Assembly: GCF_001194135.2 (NCBI RefSeq)
Contig: NC_068982.1
Coordinates: 35,024,243-35,088,242, forward strand
Source of the DNA: Octopus bimaculoides
Taxonomy: Eukaryota
Direction: 5' to 3'
DNA: 64,000 nt
The notes beneath the pieces were generated by a model, which saw only the letters and a program-made list of their open reading frames with translations, searched no databases and was not told where the DNA came from. The position numbers and the translations under genes are program-made. Every line of letters begins with the position of its first letter. Within the stretch, counting starts at the first letter, position 1. Below, in pieces: positions 49,273 to 63,278 of the stretch.

Positions 49273-50120
49273 CAGGGTGGGTGAAAAGTAAGTAGGCATT
49301 AAAAATTGGTAATAAAATCCATATTCCCATGACAAATTTATTGAAACGAATGATACATGTTCGTTATTACATGGGAAAATGAAAGTAAATCTTCATATTT
49401 CGACGTAATCACTGGTAGTGTCAACCAATTTTCTCAGACTGCCAAGGATGGAATGAGCAGCCGTGTGAAGGACGTCGTCTGGGACATCATTAAGAACCTC
49501 CTGAATCCGTGCCTCCAACTCCTCCGGTGTGCGAGGTTCTGTCTCTTTTGTATAAAAATCACATGGAGTGAGATCTGGACTTCTGGACTTCTGCGGCCAC
49601 AGTCTTCAGGTTTTAGCTCCAGTACCGACGTAAATTCAATTCTTTATTCAACACCGTACGTATTGCGTGTCTTGTTAGTCTATTTTCATGAGCTGTTTGA
49701 AGCGTTGATTTTTGCGGGCTGCGATTAAGCACTTCCTGCACTGTTGCCAAGTTCTCCGCTGATCGGGATGTGGTTGGATGACCACTTCTTCTTGCATCGT
49801 TCACAGAGCCCATGGTCATCAGCTATGCATGACAACTTTTTAATGTCTCCGAACATTGTGTTGCATGCTTATCTTTCCATGCATGCCACCATCTCTGAAC
49901 CAAAACAATGGAATTCCACACTTCATAGCGTGCTGCTATCTTAACTCACTCCTGAATAATCAAGCAACCGGCTATCTGGAAAGTAAGAAATAAGACAATA
50001 AGAAAATAAGAAATCTTCATTAGTTTTTTTTCTGTTTGAAAAATGTTTTCGTCATGACTTCAGTAATACAAAAAATTCTATAAGTAATTTCTAATTACTA
50101 GTTACTTTCCATCCACCTTG
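49273..50120 (-). mobile_element. Internally deleted Tc1/mariner element (DDxD class)
   Basis: TIRs CAGGGTGGGTGAAAAGTAAGTAG and (rc) CAAGGTGGATGGAAAGTAACTAG, TA on both sides. Minus ORF GSVNDARRSGHPTTSRSAEN..KST..TRHAIRTVLNKEL joins directly to WP..SPDLTPCDF, so most of the catalytic core is deleted. Confidence 0.88.
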
Positions 50121-50152
<32 letters not shown>

Positions 50153-50626
50153 TGTATGTGTGTGTGTGCGTGTGTTTTCTGCGCTTTAAGGACTGTGTCA
50201 AGTCCTAAGATCGGAANNNNNNNNNNNNNNNNNNNNNNNNNNNNNNNNNNNNNNNNNNNNNNNNNNNNNNNNNNNNNNNNNNNNNNNNNNNNNNNNNNNN
50301 NNNNNNNNNNNNNNNNNNNNNNNNNNNNNNNNNNNNNNNNNNNNNNNNNNNNNNNNNNNNNNNNNNNNNNNNNNNNNNNNNNNNNNNNNNNNNNNNNNNN
50401 NNNNNNNNNNNNNNNNNNNNNNNNNNNNNNNNNNNNNNNNNNNNNNNNNNNNNNNNNNNNNNNNNNNNNNNNNNNNNNNNNNNNNNNNNNNNNNNNNNNN
50501 NNNNNNNNNNNNNNNNNNNNNNNNNNNNNNNNNNNNNNNNNNNNNNNNNNNNNNNNNNNNNNNNNNNNNNNNNNNNNNNNNNNNNNNNNNNNNNNNNNNN
50601 NNNNNNNNNNNNNNNNNNNNNNNNNN

Positions 50627-50687
<61 letters not shown>

Positions 50688-50699
50688 GTGTATATGTGT

Positions 50700-50912
50700 G
50701 TGTCTTTCTGTTTATGTTTGTCCCCATCACCGCTTGAGAACCGGTGTTGGTTTATTTACGTCATAATAGCCTAGCTGATTGGCAATAGAGACTGATATAT
50801 TGAATAAAAAGCTCAAAGATAAGTATTCGGTCGATTTGTTCGGCTAAACTCTTCAAGGCGGTGTCCCAGCATGGCCACAGTCCAATGACAGAAACGAGTA
50901 AAAGATAAAAGA
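50700..50912 (+). mobile_element. Family C SINE tail
   Basis: tgtttgtccccatcaccgcttgagaaccggtgttgg..caaggcggtgtcccagcatggccacagtc..gagtaaaagataaaag. Confidence 0.8.
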
Positions 50913-53209
50913 AAGAAGATAAACACAACATTCTGCCACAAGAAACGTTGCAAAGTTTACTCGATCCACACAAGCAATATATTCATCTGACAAATGTTTT
51001 CCGTAAAATCGGGTAACACTGAAAAAATTGAATATATTTTGGTGTGGAAAGAAAAAAGAATTTAAATCCTGCTAAAATTTTAATGTAAACCATTGTGCCA
51101 ATACCGAGTTCAAAAAACTTTTAAATATCATTCACCACTAAATTCTCAACTAAATTGCATCAAATTAGAATAAAATACTCCATTAATATTCCGAGCTGTC
51201 TGTGATGCTGTATTTCCAAGAGAGAACTCATATTTCAAAACTGTGCGAATTTCCGACTTATCCATCTCTAAACAAAAATAGTCAAAAAAATGATTTATAA
51301 ATATTTTATAAAGCACAAAATGAGTTAGAATAAAGGAATAGATGTGTCAGCTTTCTAACAAAAAATAAAGATTGTCAAAATATAATAATGGCGCAAAATG
51401 AGCAGCTGTCAAAAGTTTACTATATACCTTACTACAATTTTCATACTTGACGAACTAATAAAAGCTTCTGGACAGCTTGTATTATAAATTATTTAACCTT
51501 TAGCATTCAGATTATTCTACAAATTGTAATACTTATTTATATACATTGTATTGAATTAATCGTGCATTATCTCATAGTTTCGGGAGTTGGATGGTGAAGT
51601 TTTGATAGAACGACGTTTTAAGGAAGGTGTGAGACACTAGATCTAACAAGTTTGAGCATAAAACAGGTCGAATGATTGAATTAGATCTGCTATGATTTAA
51701 TAAATAGTATGACAATGTGATAATTCATTCCAGAAGAACTGATGTTTAAATTAAAGTTGAAAATGTATTTTGTACGGATTCTAAATACGTTAAATGATTT
51801 GATATCAACTAAAATGAACATATTTTGAAAATGTTCAACAATGTGTTTATGTTATATTTTGTCATTTCATTTATTTATTTTTCTTTTCGAATTTTCAAAT
51901 TTATATCGACAATTTAATAACGTAATTTGATTAAATTTTTCGTTGTGCTGTTTAAAATTAACAAATGCCGACTAAATTTATCAGTTTTGCAACTAATAAA
52001 CGATGAATGATAATTAATAAATTATTTCTTTAGGCAATTCAAGCCAAGCCATTTTAGTGAAATTGGTTAGATGGAAACTATTGCTGTAATTCGAAGGTCC
52101 ATCCTTGAAACGCAGTGTCTCGCTGTATCTACTTGAAAATTACGCTATGACAACGAGATTCTGTGGAATACTTCGTCACTTAAGCATTAAGTAAATGAGT
52201 ATGTAGTTGTATTGATTGAATAACTGGCGTATTTATTCGTCGAAATCGATACTTGAGTCCATTCATACAAGATGAAATTTATTCGTGACGCAGGAAGAGA
52301 CTACATCTACTTGACTAAATTGCTGGTACCTATCTATTCTGCCAGGAATGCAAGGGTCAACTAACAGCACGAATTTGATCTCACAATAATGAGTTGATAC
52401 GTAGATGATAATTGCAATCAAGAGTCCAGTAATGGGTACTCTGGTTTGGATATCTTCACGACTATTAATTTAATTAGCAATTATCAGTGTATTCCTTGAA
52501 ATTTTCAATGTACAAGTTATTTCAGAGAGGTTTTATGAATACAATTTAGTAACAAATTTTCGATTACTGCCGGATTTTCTCTGCACTTTCTATATCCAAG
52601 ATGTCCGACACCAATAAAATATCAAATGCAATAATTCATTATTTATTTATTTTATTGTACTGTATTTCTAAAATTGCATTGTGTAGTGTTATTTTGTTTC
52701 TTGGTGTATGCATATATAGATATGTGTATGTGCATGCGCGCGCGCGTAATATATACACATATATATTTATCAAATATGTGCATTTGCACATATATCTAAT
52801 ATATACATATGCATATATATATATATANNNNNNNNNNNNNNNNNNNNNNNNNNNNNNNNNNNNNNNNNNNNNNNNNNNNNNNNNNNNNNNNNNNNNNNNN
52901 NNNNNNNNNNNNNNNNNNNNNNNNNNNNNNNNNNNNNNNNNNNNNNNNNNNNNNNNNNNNNNNNNNNNNNNNNNNNNNNNNNNNNNNNNNNNNNNNNNNN
53001 NNNNNNNNNNNNNNNNNNNNNNNNNNNNNNNNNNNNNNNNNNNNNNNNNNNNNNNNNNNNNNNNNNNNNNNNNNNNNNNNNNNNNNNNNNNNNNNNNNNN
53101 NNNNNNNNNNNNNNNNNNNNNNNNNNNNNNNNNNNNNNNNNNNNNNNNNNNNNNNNNNNNNNNNNNNNNNNNNNNNNNNNNNNNNNNNATATATATATAT
53201 ATATATATA

Positions 53210-53392
53210 CGACGGGCATCTTTCAGTTTCCGTCTACCAAATCCACTCACAAGGCTTTGGTCGGCCTGAGGCTATAGTAGAAGACACTTGCCCAAGGTGC
53301 TACGCAGTGGGACTGAACTCATGACCATGTTGTTGGTAAGCAAGCTACTTACCACACAGCCACTCCTGCGCCTATACAATATATTCATTGGA
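53210..53392 (-). mobile_element. Family C SINE head, low divergence
   Basis: cgacgggcatctttcagtttccgtctaccaaatccactcacaaggctttggtcggcctgaggctatagtagaagacacttgcccaaggtg..cacagccactcctgcgcc. Confidence 0.9.
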
Positions 53393-53854
53393 AAATATTC
53401 GAAGTCTTATACCTGTTTCTATATACGACTTGAGATGTTTACCTTGCCTCAATGTTTGTTGTCCTCTTTAACAATTATATATCCACTGCATCGGAAATCT
53501 GTAATGGTTCCATCCATAACTACCGTCTCGGCTATAACCTTGGAGTCCTAGTAATCCGTTACAACATTTACTTAGCGTGCCTATTCATTCAGATCACCTG
53601 TGAACTAAACCCCCGTACTTTTTGTGTGTGTATATATATATCTTGCTGTTTTTTTTAACCCGAAAGAATTAATCATAATCAGAAACAAATAACAATATCG
53701 CATTAACTGAAAATCAATTTTACCCACGAACAAGAGACGAAACATACCTCCCAAGTGCATTGTATCAAGAGTTTGAATGTATTTTTCTTCGAAGTATTAC
53801 GTCTCTGATTTAGAAAAAATTACAAGAAAGAAATAACGTTGTTGTTTTCCTATA

Positions 53855-53927
<73 letters not shown>

Positions 53928-55179
53928 TCTTTGAAGTGAAACAATTTCATCTATGAATTCAAATTAAATCTTAGATTTTGCGCACTAGGAACTTGCCTCC
54001 TACATTAAGGACATCGCCATTCGATTAACAGTCATTGATGTGCTTGGAGTAGATTGATTTCAGTTAGCGTGATTTTATTATTTGTTTCATGGAATTTAAC
54101 CTCAGTTTAGTGCTTGACTTTCAAAGATATCTATCCTCGTTTATCAACAACACCATGTTTATAACACCATGTTAACTGAATCAGTAATAAATTAATAATG
54201 AAATATATGGGAAAATAGGTTTTATTCCGAGGCCCCAAGTTGTCTTAAGAATTGTGGATGTTCGCTTGGAGGTGCTTTTGCGATCCAAGCAACTGGCAAC
54301 CGATCCGTGTAATCACAATTCAATTTATGATAAGAGTAACACGATTCACAATTAGACGTTTCACCTGGATCAGTGATGAATGAATCACTAATCAACGAGG
54401 ATAGATGTATTTTATTACACTAATATTGAGATAGAGGACTTCGGTAATATTTGAACCAGGATTTGAAAGGGGGGAAAAAAAAAAACTAAAATCATTAATG
54501 GGTTTAGTTTTTTACTGTCCCAGAAATTTCCACAACCATCTAGAGTATCATGTATTAAGTTGTATGCTCTCTTTAAAAGGACAAATCTGAATTGCTCATA
54601 TAAATAGAAACAGCCTAAACTTTCAAGGATAAAAGCTTGTCTAGGCCACTCAAACGTTAACATCGTATACACAGCCTTGCTATTTGGAGAATCGGTGCAT
54701 TTGTCAAATCTATAGTTGCAAAAGGAGGGTGTGTTTTCCTCTCCGTGTAAGAAACATATAAAACACGGAGACTCGGTTATTGATGTGTAAAGTCACTGTG
54801 AAGAAGGGAGTGGGTAGCACATAAAGGAGTCTAAGTGTATTCTGTAAAGTTTAGGGAGCTATTTGAGAGTTTCGGAATGGGACAGACTGCTGTGAAAATA
54901 CACCAGCAAAATAAGAATAAAATAAAATAACATTAATATATGTCAACAGGATTTGTCGTTTACCGGAAGTAAGTCTGCGGGTGTGCTCCCTACGTTAGAG
55001 AAAAATGGGTGTTAAAGGGATATGTATGGTCTGGAAGTAGATTGCAGACTTAAAAAGAGAGATATGAGGACATATATCGAGAGAGGGGGGACAGAGGGGA
55101 AGCGAAGGAAAGAGAGAGTGTTAAAAAGACAGAGATGACATTGCAATTATACGTAAGTGTAGACGCATATCTGTGTGTG

Positions 55180-55247
<68 letters not shown>

Positions 55248-55776
55248 CATATATTTACTGCTGTAGTTCTATGTATGTGTATACGTGTGCATGCGAACTT
55301 GTGAAAATGATCTATGTCTTTATGCGTGTTGTGTTAAGAAACGGCAAACAGCAAAAGAGAAACAAGGACAGGTCTGCAATTTATTGCAGTGCCCCCAAAT
55401 CGACATATATAGGTCTGCACTTGTTCACTTGCCTCTGTTTTATTATTGTGATAGTTTCTGTTCTAAACATCGCCTTAAGAACTCCCCCCCACCACCACCA
55501 CCACTTAAACAGCACGGTAGCCGCTACATTTAAAGTACGGTGTGGGGTCTTCTGTTTGAACACCGAAGGTGAGAACGACATAAATATGCAAATAACTCTC
55601 ACCTACATAATCACAGACACCACGCATATTCACTAAAGACACACACGCATGCAGCGCATAGATAGACGTATTTACATGTTCATATGTATACATAATACAT
55701 ACACACTGACGTTTATCTATATGCATGTGCATGCATAATATATGTATATGTAGTTAGACAGACAGACAGACTGACT

Positions 55777-55829
<53 letters not shown>

Positions 55830-55949
55830 TTATTTTATGTACAAACGCACGTTTCAAATATACACGTGCACAAAGAAACACACACACATATACATATATA
55901 TATATATATACATACATATATACACACACACATGTATATAACATTCCGT

Positions 55950-55991
<42 letters not shown>

Positions 55992-56879
55992 NNNNNNNNN
56001 NNNNNNNNNNNNNNNNNNNNNNNNNNNNNNNNNNNNNNNNNNNNNNNNNNNNNNNNNNNNNNNNNNNNNNNNNNNNNNNNNNNNNNNNNNNNNNNNNNNN
56101 NNNNNNNNNNNNNNNNNNNNNNNNNNNNNTTATAAGTGAGGGTAGCTAAGTTTATTTCGATATACACTGAGAATAACAGTGTTCGAGTTGTCATTAGTTT
56201 ACGTTTCGCTGCAAATATGGCGCCGTATCTCAGTTATTTCGTACTAACCCTTTTGAAAATTAAATTCAAGTCAACGTTACTTGAAAACGACGACAAATTT
56301 AATTTGACCAATTATGTCTAATGTGTCTCCTGAAACAACCATAAAATTGATGATTTTCCTGTAGTTAAAGGAAAACTTTATTGTTGTCGTGAGACTAATT
56401 CAGTAATTGCTTGTGTTTGATATGTAAGAAACGTCTTTGTTAGCACCACTAACATTACTCGGAATGGATACAGATATATATTCCATTAGCGTCATTGCAT
56501 CATATAGTAGCCTGAGTCCATTTGCTGATGAATCTTTTATTCCGTTGCGATACTTCAAACCAGTATGTGATAATGAACCTACGCAATCTCTATCATAATC
56601 AGAAATCCGGATTGTTGGGTGATGAACATGATGTTACGAAGTGGCTAGAAAATACCACCCCATTCCGATAACTTAGATAACTTACACGAGAAAGTGAGGT
56701 GTCTACGATCTTTGTAGGTTACATACACCTTCAACCAAATGAGATTGGTTTGAGTGATGTTCAGCTTGAACATTTTGGGGACTTTACTTGCAAAAAAGAA
56801 AAATAATGTACGGACAAGACGGGATTTCGAGAGGACTGCATGAGCGCGCGTGTTTGTATGTGTGTGTGTGTCTTTATGT

Positions 56880-57075
56880 CTGTATTTGTCCCCCACCACC
56901 GCTTCACAGCTGGTGTTGATGTGTTTACGTCCACGTAACTTAGCAGTTCGGCAAAAAGTGAACAATACGATAAGTACCAGACTTTAAAAAAAAAAAAACA
57001 ATTATTACTAGGGTCGAATAATTCGACAAAAAAATTCTTCACAGCAGTGCCCCAGCATGACCGCAGTAAAAACAA
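56880..57075 (+). mobile_element. Family C SINE tail
   Basis: atttgtcccccaccaccgcttcacagctggtgttg..cgtaacttagcagttcggcaaaaa..cagtgccccagcatgaccgcag. Confidence 0.8.
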
Positions 57076-58214
57076 AGAAAAGAAAAGGAGTTGAGAGAGT
57101 TGTTAAATCGTCAGAGACGATACTCTTTGTTACTTGCACCTGATCTCTGTAATCTAAATTCAAATACCTTTACCTTTCATTCTTTCGGACTCATAAAAAT
57201 AAAAGTAAAAACCGTACCATTCCAGAACGGTGAATTGGTAGGATGCCTAGCAATAGTTCTTTGAGAGTTGTAATAGATTTAATCACTCATCTTCTACAAA
57301 AACAAATCTATTTCTCGTATAATAGGCATTTGTAATTTTAATATAATTAGTTGTTGGTTTTTAATTTCATTTCAGATATTCCTGGGATTTAAAGATTCGT
57401 ATTATAAAGTAAATATTTTTATGTTGGTAATTTATTCTGGATGGATATTTCACTTTTCCCTTCTTTACAACACCCTCGCCCACTTATTATGTAATAAATC
57501 TGCTAGTCAGTATTGGTGAGTCATCAAGTTTATCCCTACTGTATTGACATTTATGACTCATCGGTTAATTACATAATAACTCTACAACTAGATACTGCAA
57601 TACAGGAAGAGTGGTACATGTGGTAAATCGAGATGAAAAAAAGAGTGGATTCCGAGACGGCTAGGCGGCCTTTCTATTGTTTTATAATTGAATATAATCA
57701 AGAAACAACCAAATCATCTGAAGATCATCAGAACCTTCGATAATATTATGGTGTTGCTGCTGTTGCTGCTGTTGCTACAACTGATATTGTTGTATGAATA
57801 TCTGTGACAAGATATTAAACTGTTGTGTGTGCTAATGCATCAATATACTAATCTTACTCGGGTATTCTGGTTGTTGTCCTTTAAGCCCTGTCAACCCTAA
57901 CCGAGCAAATCTATCGACAAAAGTATTCCAGCCGTAACCTCACGTCTGTCTAGGAATATCTAGGAATAAATTTCCTAATGCGTCCTTATCTATTTTTTTT
58001 TTGTTCTTTTTCTTTTGCGATGGTAGGGCGCGATTTGAGCGGAATTCGACTGCTGCTCCTAGCTGGTCAATATATTAATATTTCTGACCTTTTTCTCTGT
58101 CTCTCAGGCATACATCGCTGCCCCCATGATGATTAATGTAGACATGTGATGCTTGGTTTGGAACCTTGGTTGATGGAGGAGTTGCAAACTGGAAGACAGC
58201 TGCAGCTTTGCATT

Positions 58215-58542
58215 ATAACTGGCACTCCGTAGATTACGACGAAGAGTTCTCTAGTTGATCCGATCAACGTTACAACCTGCTTGGGAAATTAACGTGCAAG
58301 TGGGTGAGCACTCTACAGACACGTGTACCTTTAGCATAGTTTTCAGGAAGATTCGGCGTGACACATAATGTTACAAGGCTGACTTTTGAATTACAGGTAC
58401 AACTTATTTTTGTCAGCTAAGTGGGGAAGGAGCAACGGGAAATATACTGTCTTACTCAATGTCACAACACACCTCCATGAATCGAACTCACGACCTTATG
58501 ATTGTAAACCAAATCTCCTAACCACTAAGCCGTGCGCCTTCA
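58215..58542 (-). mobile_element. Family D SINE
   Basis: taactggcactccgt..acgacga..aattaacgtgcaagtgg..ctaaccactaagccgtgcgcc, homologous to 3603-3931. Confidence 0.85.
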
Positions 58543-59749
58543 CTTTGCATCATAGGCTCCCTTTGTTGATCCAACTCCTTGTCAGTTTCCCACTCTGTTT
58601 GGTAGTCAAGTTTACAACACAATTTCGATTGTTGAGTGAAGTTATTTTGCATCACCTTATGTCTAATACTTCGGAAATCGACATGACTCCTTTCGGATTA
58701 CTTAGTTCGTTGTTAATTCTTTTGCTTTCATTTTATACGTTCACATTGCTCTAAGCCTTAAACTTCCTTACAGAACTGAGTGGATTACATGCTGTGCATG
58801 AAAACTGAAGGTAAACTCAAATATCTTTGCAACAAGGTTTGAGTAAAATTGATGGTTTTAAAGTATGTACTTTTATATTACGTGTGAATACGTTCAAAAA
58901 TCAAGCTAATATCATGTTATCTTTCATCCTTTTTGAGGGTAGGGATGGAAAGGATTATTGAATGAACTTCCAAGCAGACAGTGCATTGTAGCTATTACCG
59001 TGAAGTAGATTGTAAGAGGCCGGTTGTTTTGATTCGGTTAAATGCCATTTATTTGACTTATACTGTTAAATTCCTTTGCCAAGGGCATTGAATTAACAGC
59101 AAATCTTTTATCTTCCATTAAAATCAGAGATCTCACATTCAACAACACACACATATATATATATATATATATANNNNNNNNNNNNNNNNNNNNNNNNNNN
59201 NNNNNNNNNNNNNNNNNNNNNNNNNNNNNNNNNNNNNNNNNNNNNNNNNNNNNNNNNNNNNNNNNNNNNNNNNNNNNNNNNNNNNNNNNNNNNNNNNNNN
59301 NNNNNNNNNNNNNNNNNNNNNNNNNNNNNNNNNNNNNNNNNNNNNNNNNNNNNNNNNNNNNNNNNNNNNNNNNNNNNNNNNNNNNNNNNNNNNNNNNNNN
59401 NNNNNNNNNNNNNNNNNNNNNNNNNNNNNNNNNNNNNNNNNNNNNNNNNNNNNNNNNNNNNNNNNNNNNNNNNNNNNNNATATATTGATTATGCTTAGAA
59501 ATATCGTTACTAATAACCATTTCTTAGAACTCAATATAGTTATACTTTAGAGTAAAGTACCAGTTGAGTATAGAATATATTATGTATTAATGAAGACAAA
59601 AGGACAGGAGTTACGTAATCCCTTTATTTAAATGGCCCGCAAAAGCTATAAGATATCGCACAAGCACTCAGCCCTAAGTGCAATGCTCCTAATAGCAGAA
59701 ACAATTGTAAGCTAATGAAAGTGATTCCGTAAATCTTGAACTTTTGCCA

Positions 59750-60243
59750 TCTTACTATAACGTTACGTCCGTCTGTCTGTCTGTTCCCTCTTCATGGTCA
59801 ACGGCTGGACTAATAATCACGATGCTTTTCGGGATTAAGAAGGAGGTAATCAGGGACGTTTTAGTGAAAAAAATGTGAAAAAGTATGATTATTTAGTGAA
59901 TATTGAGTTTTGTATTAATAAATCACCTTTGATATTTTTCGTTAAAACTCTGGTGACGAGGATTAACTCTGGATTTCCGCCCCATATAGTTTGTGAATTT
60001 AGAGGGTTTAGATTTTGCGATACTGTCCCTCTATATCACATCGTAGATGAGCAGATTTGCTATCTTACTATATTGGGCGTTATGTCCGTCTTTCTGTGCG
60101 TCTGTCCGTCTTTCTGTGCGTCTGTCCGTCTTTCTGTGCGTCTGTCCGTCTTTCTGTGCGTCTGTCCGTCTCTTTGTCTGTTTCCACTTCACGGCCAGTC
60201 GGCTGGACCAATAGTTACGATATTTTTCGGGATTATAATGACG
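59750..60243 (+). mobile_element. Two tandem Helitron-like 5' ends (TC start after A); second has a 20-bp x4 repeat
   Basis: a|tcttactata at 59750 and 60063, each followed by (ctgt)-rich text and ..cggctggac.aata..acgat..tttcgggatta; unit tgtccgtctttctgtgcgtc at 60083-60170. Confidence 0.5.
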
Positions 60244-60639
60244 NNNNNNNNNNNNNNNNNNNNNNNNNNNNNNNNNNNNNNNNNNNNNNNNNNNNNNNNN
60301 NNNNNNNNNNNNNNNNNNNNNNNNNNNNNNNNNNNNNNNNNNNNNNNNNNNNNNNNNNNNNNNNNNNNNNNNNNNNNNNNNNNNNNNNNNNNNNNNNNNN
60401 NNNNNNNNNNNNNNNNNNNNNNNNNNNNNNNNNNNNNNNNNNNNNNNNNNNNNNNNNNNNNNNNNNNNNNNNNNNNNNNNNNNNNNNNNNNNNNNNNNNN
60501 NNNNNNNNNNNNNNNNNNNNNNNNNNNNNNNNNNNNNNNNNNNNNNNNNNNNNNNNNNNNNNNNNNNNNNNNNNNNNNNNNNNNNNNNNNNNNNNNNNNN
60601 NNNNNNNNNNNNNNNNNNNNNNNNNNNNNNNNNNNNNNN

Positions 60640-60674
<35 letters not shown>

Positions 60675-61182
60675 ATATCTGTATATATCTATATATGTAT
60701 CTGTATATATATATACACATATGTACATGTATAGAGAGAAAGACAGAGGGAGAGGGAGAGAGAGAGACAGACAGACAGACAGAAGGAGAAGAGCAGTTAA
60801 AAAACTTATCTTCCATGCGTGTTGAATGATCAATGTTTAAATAAAACATCGACAATTTTCCTTGTAATAATGTAAGGCAGACGAAATGAATTAAGTCTAT
60901 TTTAACGTTAGCGTGGTTAATATCATGTTTAATGTACAAACTAAATAAATCAATTTTAAAAAATTAATTTACTTTAAATTTAGTACATACTACATTCTTC
61001 AGCTGTATATTCCATATTTTCTCTGAAAAAAATATGCCTTACTTAAAAATATTTTTACCTTAATTCATCCACATCAATTCGTAATATTTCAAACTAGTTA
61101 AATATTTCACAATATTTCAAAATAGTTAAAGAGAAAGAAGTCATGATTCTTCGATCACAGTTCAACAGGCTTCTAGCTTGGA

Positions 61183-61672
61183 GTGAAAAAACGACCAGTG
61201 ATTTACAAAACACTAAAAGTATCGACAAGGAAAATTGAAGTGGCAACCATAGAGGACATCGAGAAGTGTCCGAAAGAGGTCAAAAAGGTTAAGATGTTTA
61301 TAACAAGAGGAAGAAGATATGGCACAGTGGAGGTGCGATTCGCAAGCAAAGACGAAGCGATAAAGCACTCCACTGATGCCATAAAGACAGAAGAGTGGGT
61401 GCTCCTACCGACATACTGTGGCAAACGAATGGTCAGAGTAAGAGTGGGAAAAGTACCACCAGAGTTGAATGAAACATGGCTGGTTGCATGTACAATATGG
61501 AGGAAGATGCGAAGATCCTGAGAGTAACAAGAACGAAAAGAGTCAACTGGTGGGGTTAAGGAATCGAGATGGCAGTTCAGACAACGGTGAGTGACATGAA
61601 TAAGATTCCAGAAGAAATAATATTACCCGAAGATATGAGATTGAGAGTGGTGGTGGAGGGCAGGCCTCACAT
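61183..61672 (+). mobile_element. L1/Tx1-type ORF1 relic, truncated just before the zinc knuckle
   Basis: IYKTLKVSTRKIE..TRGRRYGTVEVRF..EWVLLPTYCGKRMVRVRVGKVPPE, then after a shift ..NKIPEEIILPEDMRLRVVVEGRPH. Aligns by eye with the 45.3-45.9 kb relic. Confidence 0.65.
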
Positions 61673-62640
61673 ATTATCCTGATGGAAGAACACCTTTCGT
61701 CTGGAAACCAAAGATGGTCGTTTTCCTTCTAGCGCTGACTTAAGCCGCTCAAGCTGCTCGCAGTAGATCCCTTTGCTATCGTTTGGTTTGAGTTTAAAAG
61801 TTCAAAGTGGACTAGACCTTTCATATCCCATCAAACAAATAACAACACCTTACGTGGGTGAAGACCTTCTTCAACATGAGGTGCCGGTATCTCTCCTTTC
61901 TCTACCCACTGTCTTCAGCGCTTAAGATTTTTATAGAGAACCAATTTCTCGAGACAAGAATTTCTCGAGCAAAGAAGAGCACACATTCGCTCTCTGCACG
62001 CGATTAGAGTAGAAAGTTTGTGAGGAACCCATTGACTCAATTTGCTGACTCTTTCAATGGCACACAGGTGTCGATGAAAGGCTGAATGAACAGATCCAAG
62101 ATTCTCTGTTTGTTCCTCAACAGTTACAGTGAGATTTTATTCCACCAGGGAATGCAGGACGTCCTCGTCGAGTTCTACAGATTTTCCAGGACGTGGATCG
62201 TCTTCTAGGCTGTAGTTTCCGGCTCGGAATTTCTAGAACCACCGTTGACATTGACTTACGCTTATTGTCCGATCCCTATACACTGTATTAGTATTCCTCG
62301 CACTTTCCGTTGTGTTGTTGCCTTTATTGAACTTATAAAGCAAAAAATGCTGAATATGCTCCTTTGTCACTTTCATTATAACTTTGAAAAAATAACTGTT
62401 AAATATCAAACTGCATTCTTTAAAACTTGCACTAAGAATAAGGACAAGGTAAAATTACTACCTGCTTTTATAGCAAGTTGATTCAGGTAATTTATCCCGC
62501 CCCCGCTCTGATTTTAGTTCACGCAATTATAAAAGAAAAGATGTGTATGTTTCAGAAACTTTCTAGGAAAGTTCTGCTTAGTTCCAGCTGCCGTGGTGCT
62601 ATGTAAATACGATATTAAATAAGTAATGTAAAAAATTCTT
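61665..62640 (-). mobile_element. Decayed mariner (DD34D-type) transposase, 3'-truncated
   Basis: ATG at 62376: MKVTKEHIQHFLLYKFNKG..CQRWF*KFRAGNYSLEDDPRPG..QWVPHKL..KW.LYKN.KR..HPRKVLL.V*WDMKGLVHFELL..IYCEQLERL..FHQDN. WVPHxL and QDN are mariner hallmarks; the 5' boundary is approximate. Confidence 0.85.
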
Positions 62641-63278
62641 ATGTATCATAAGAAGAGTTAAATATGTCATGGCAAGTACAGCACCAGTCAAGTTTATATA
62701 ACCCCATCGCTGTTAATAGCGATGGAATCTTTCTTTTTGAATCCAAGGAAGATTGATAGTACTCGTGGCTATTTTCGATCGCTTACTCAAAAGAAAAAGC
62801 AATATCCATAACATTTTAAGTAGCACCCGAGACTAGTGGGGTCAAAGGAGTATGGTTAACTACAAGTAGGAGGCTTATCGTGAATGCTCGTAACAGTAAA
62901 GATTCCGCTTAATAGACACAAGGACCAGCAAGTAGTTTTAAATCGGGTGACGGATTAAGTCAACCGCCCAAGCGCTCTTCAGTGGGATTTTAAGCTCAGA
63001 ATGCAAACAACCAGAACAAATAACCCAAGCTATTCCGCTCATAACTCTAACGATTCCACTAATCCGATGCACCCAAGACTGGTACTTTACATATCAAACT
63101 TGGAAGGATGAAAAGTTAAGTTGACATCGGCGGGAGTTGAATAGCACGCAAGAAATCGGAATACATGTGGAATGTTGTCACAAGGTTATTATGGCTTTAT
63201 AACGACGTAATTGTTTCAATTTCAACACAGTCTTAAATCAAGTCACATCCAGCAATGAATATATATATATATATATAN

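Noticed and set aside
49575-49615. Minus-strand CTGAAGA..GAAA
   Set aside because: Falls inside transposase coding sequence; stems I and III do not close.
54740-54771. 9-bp hairpin TCTCCGTGT/ACACGGAGA as a miRNA-like precursor
   Set aside because: Stem is too short and has no other support.
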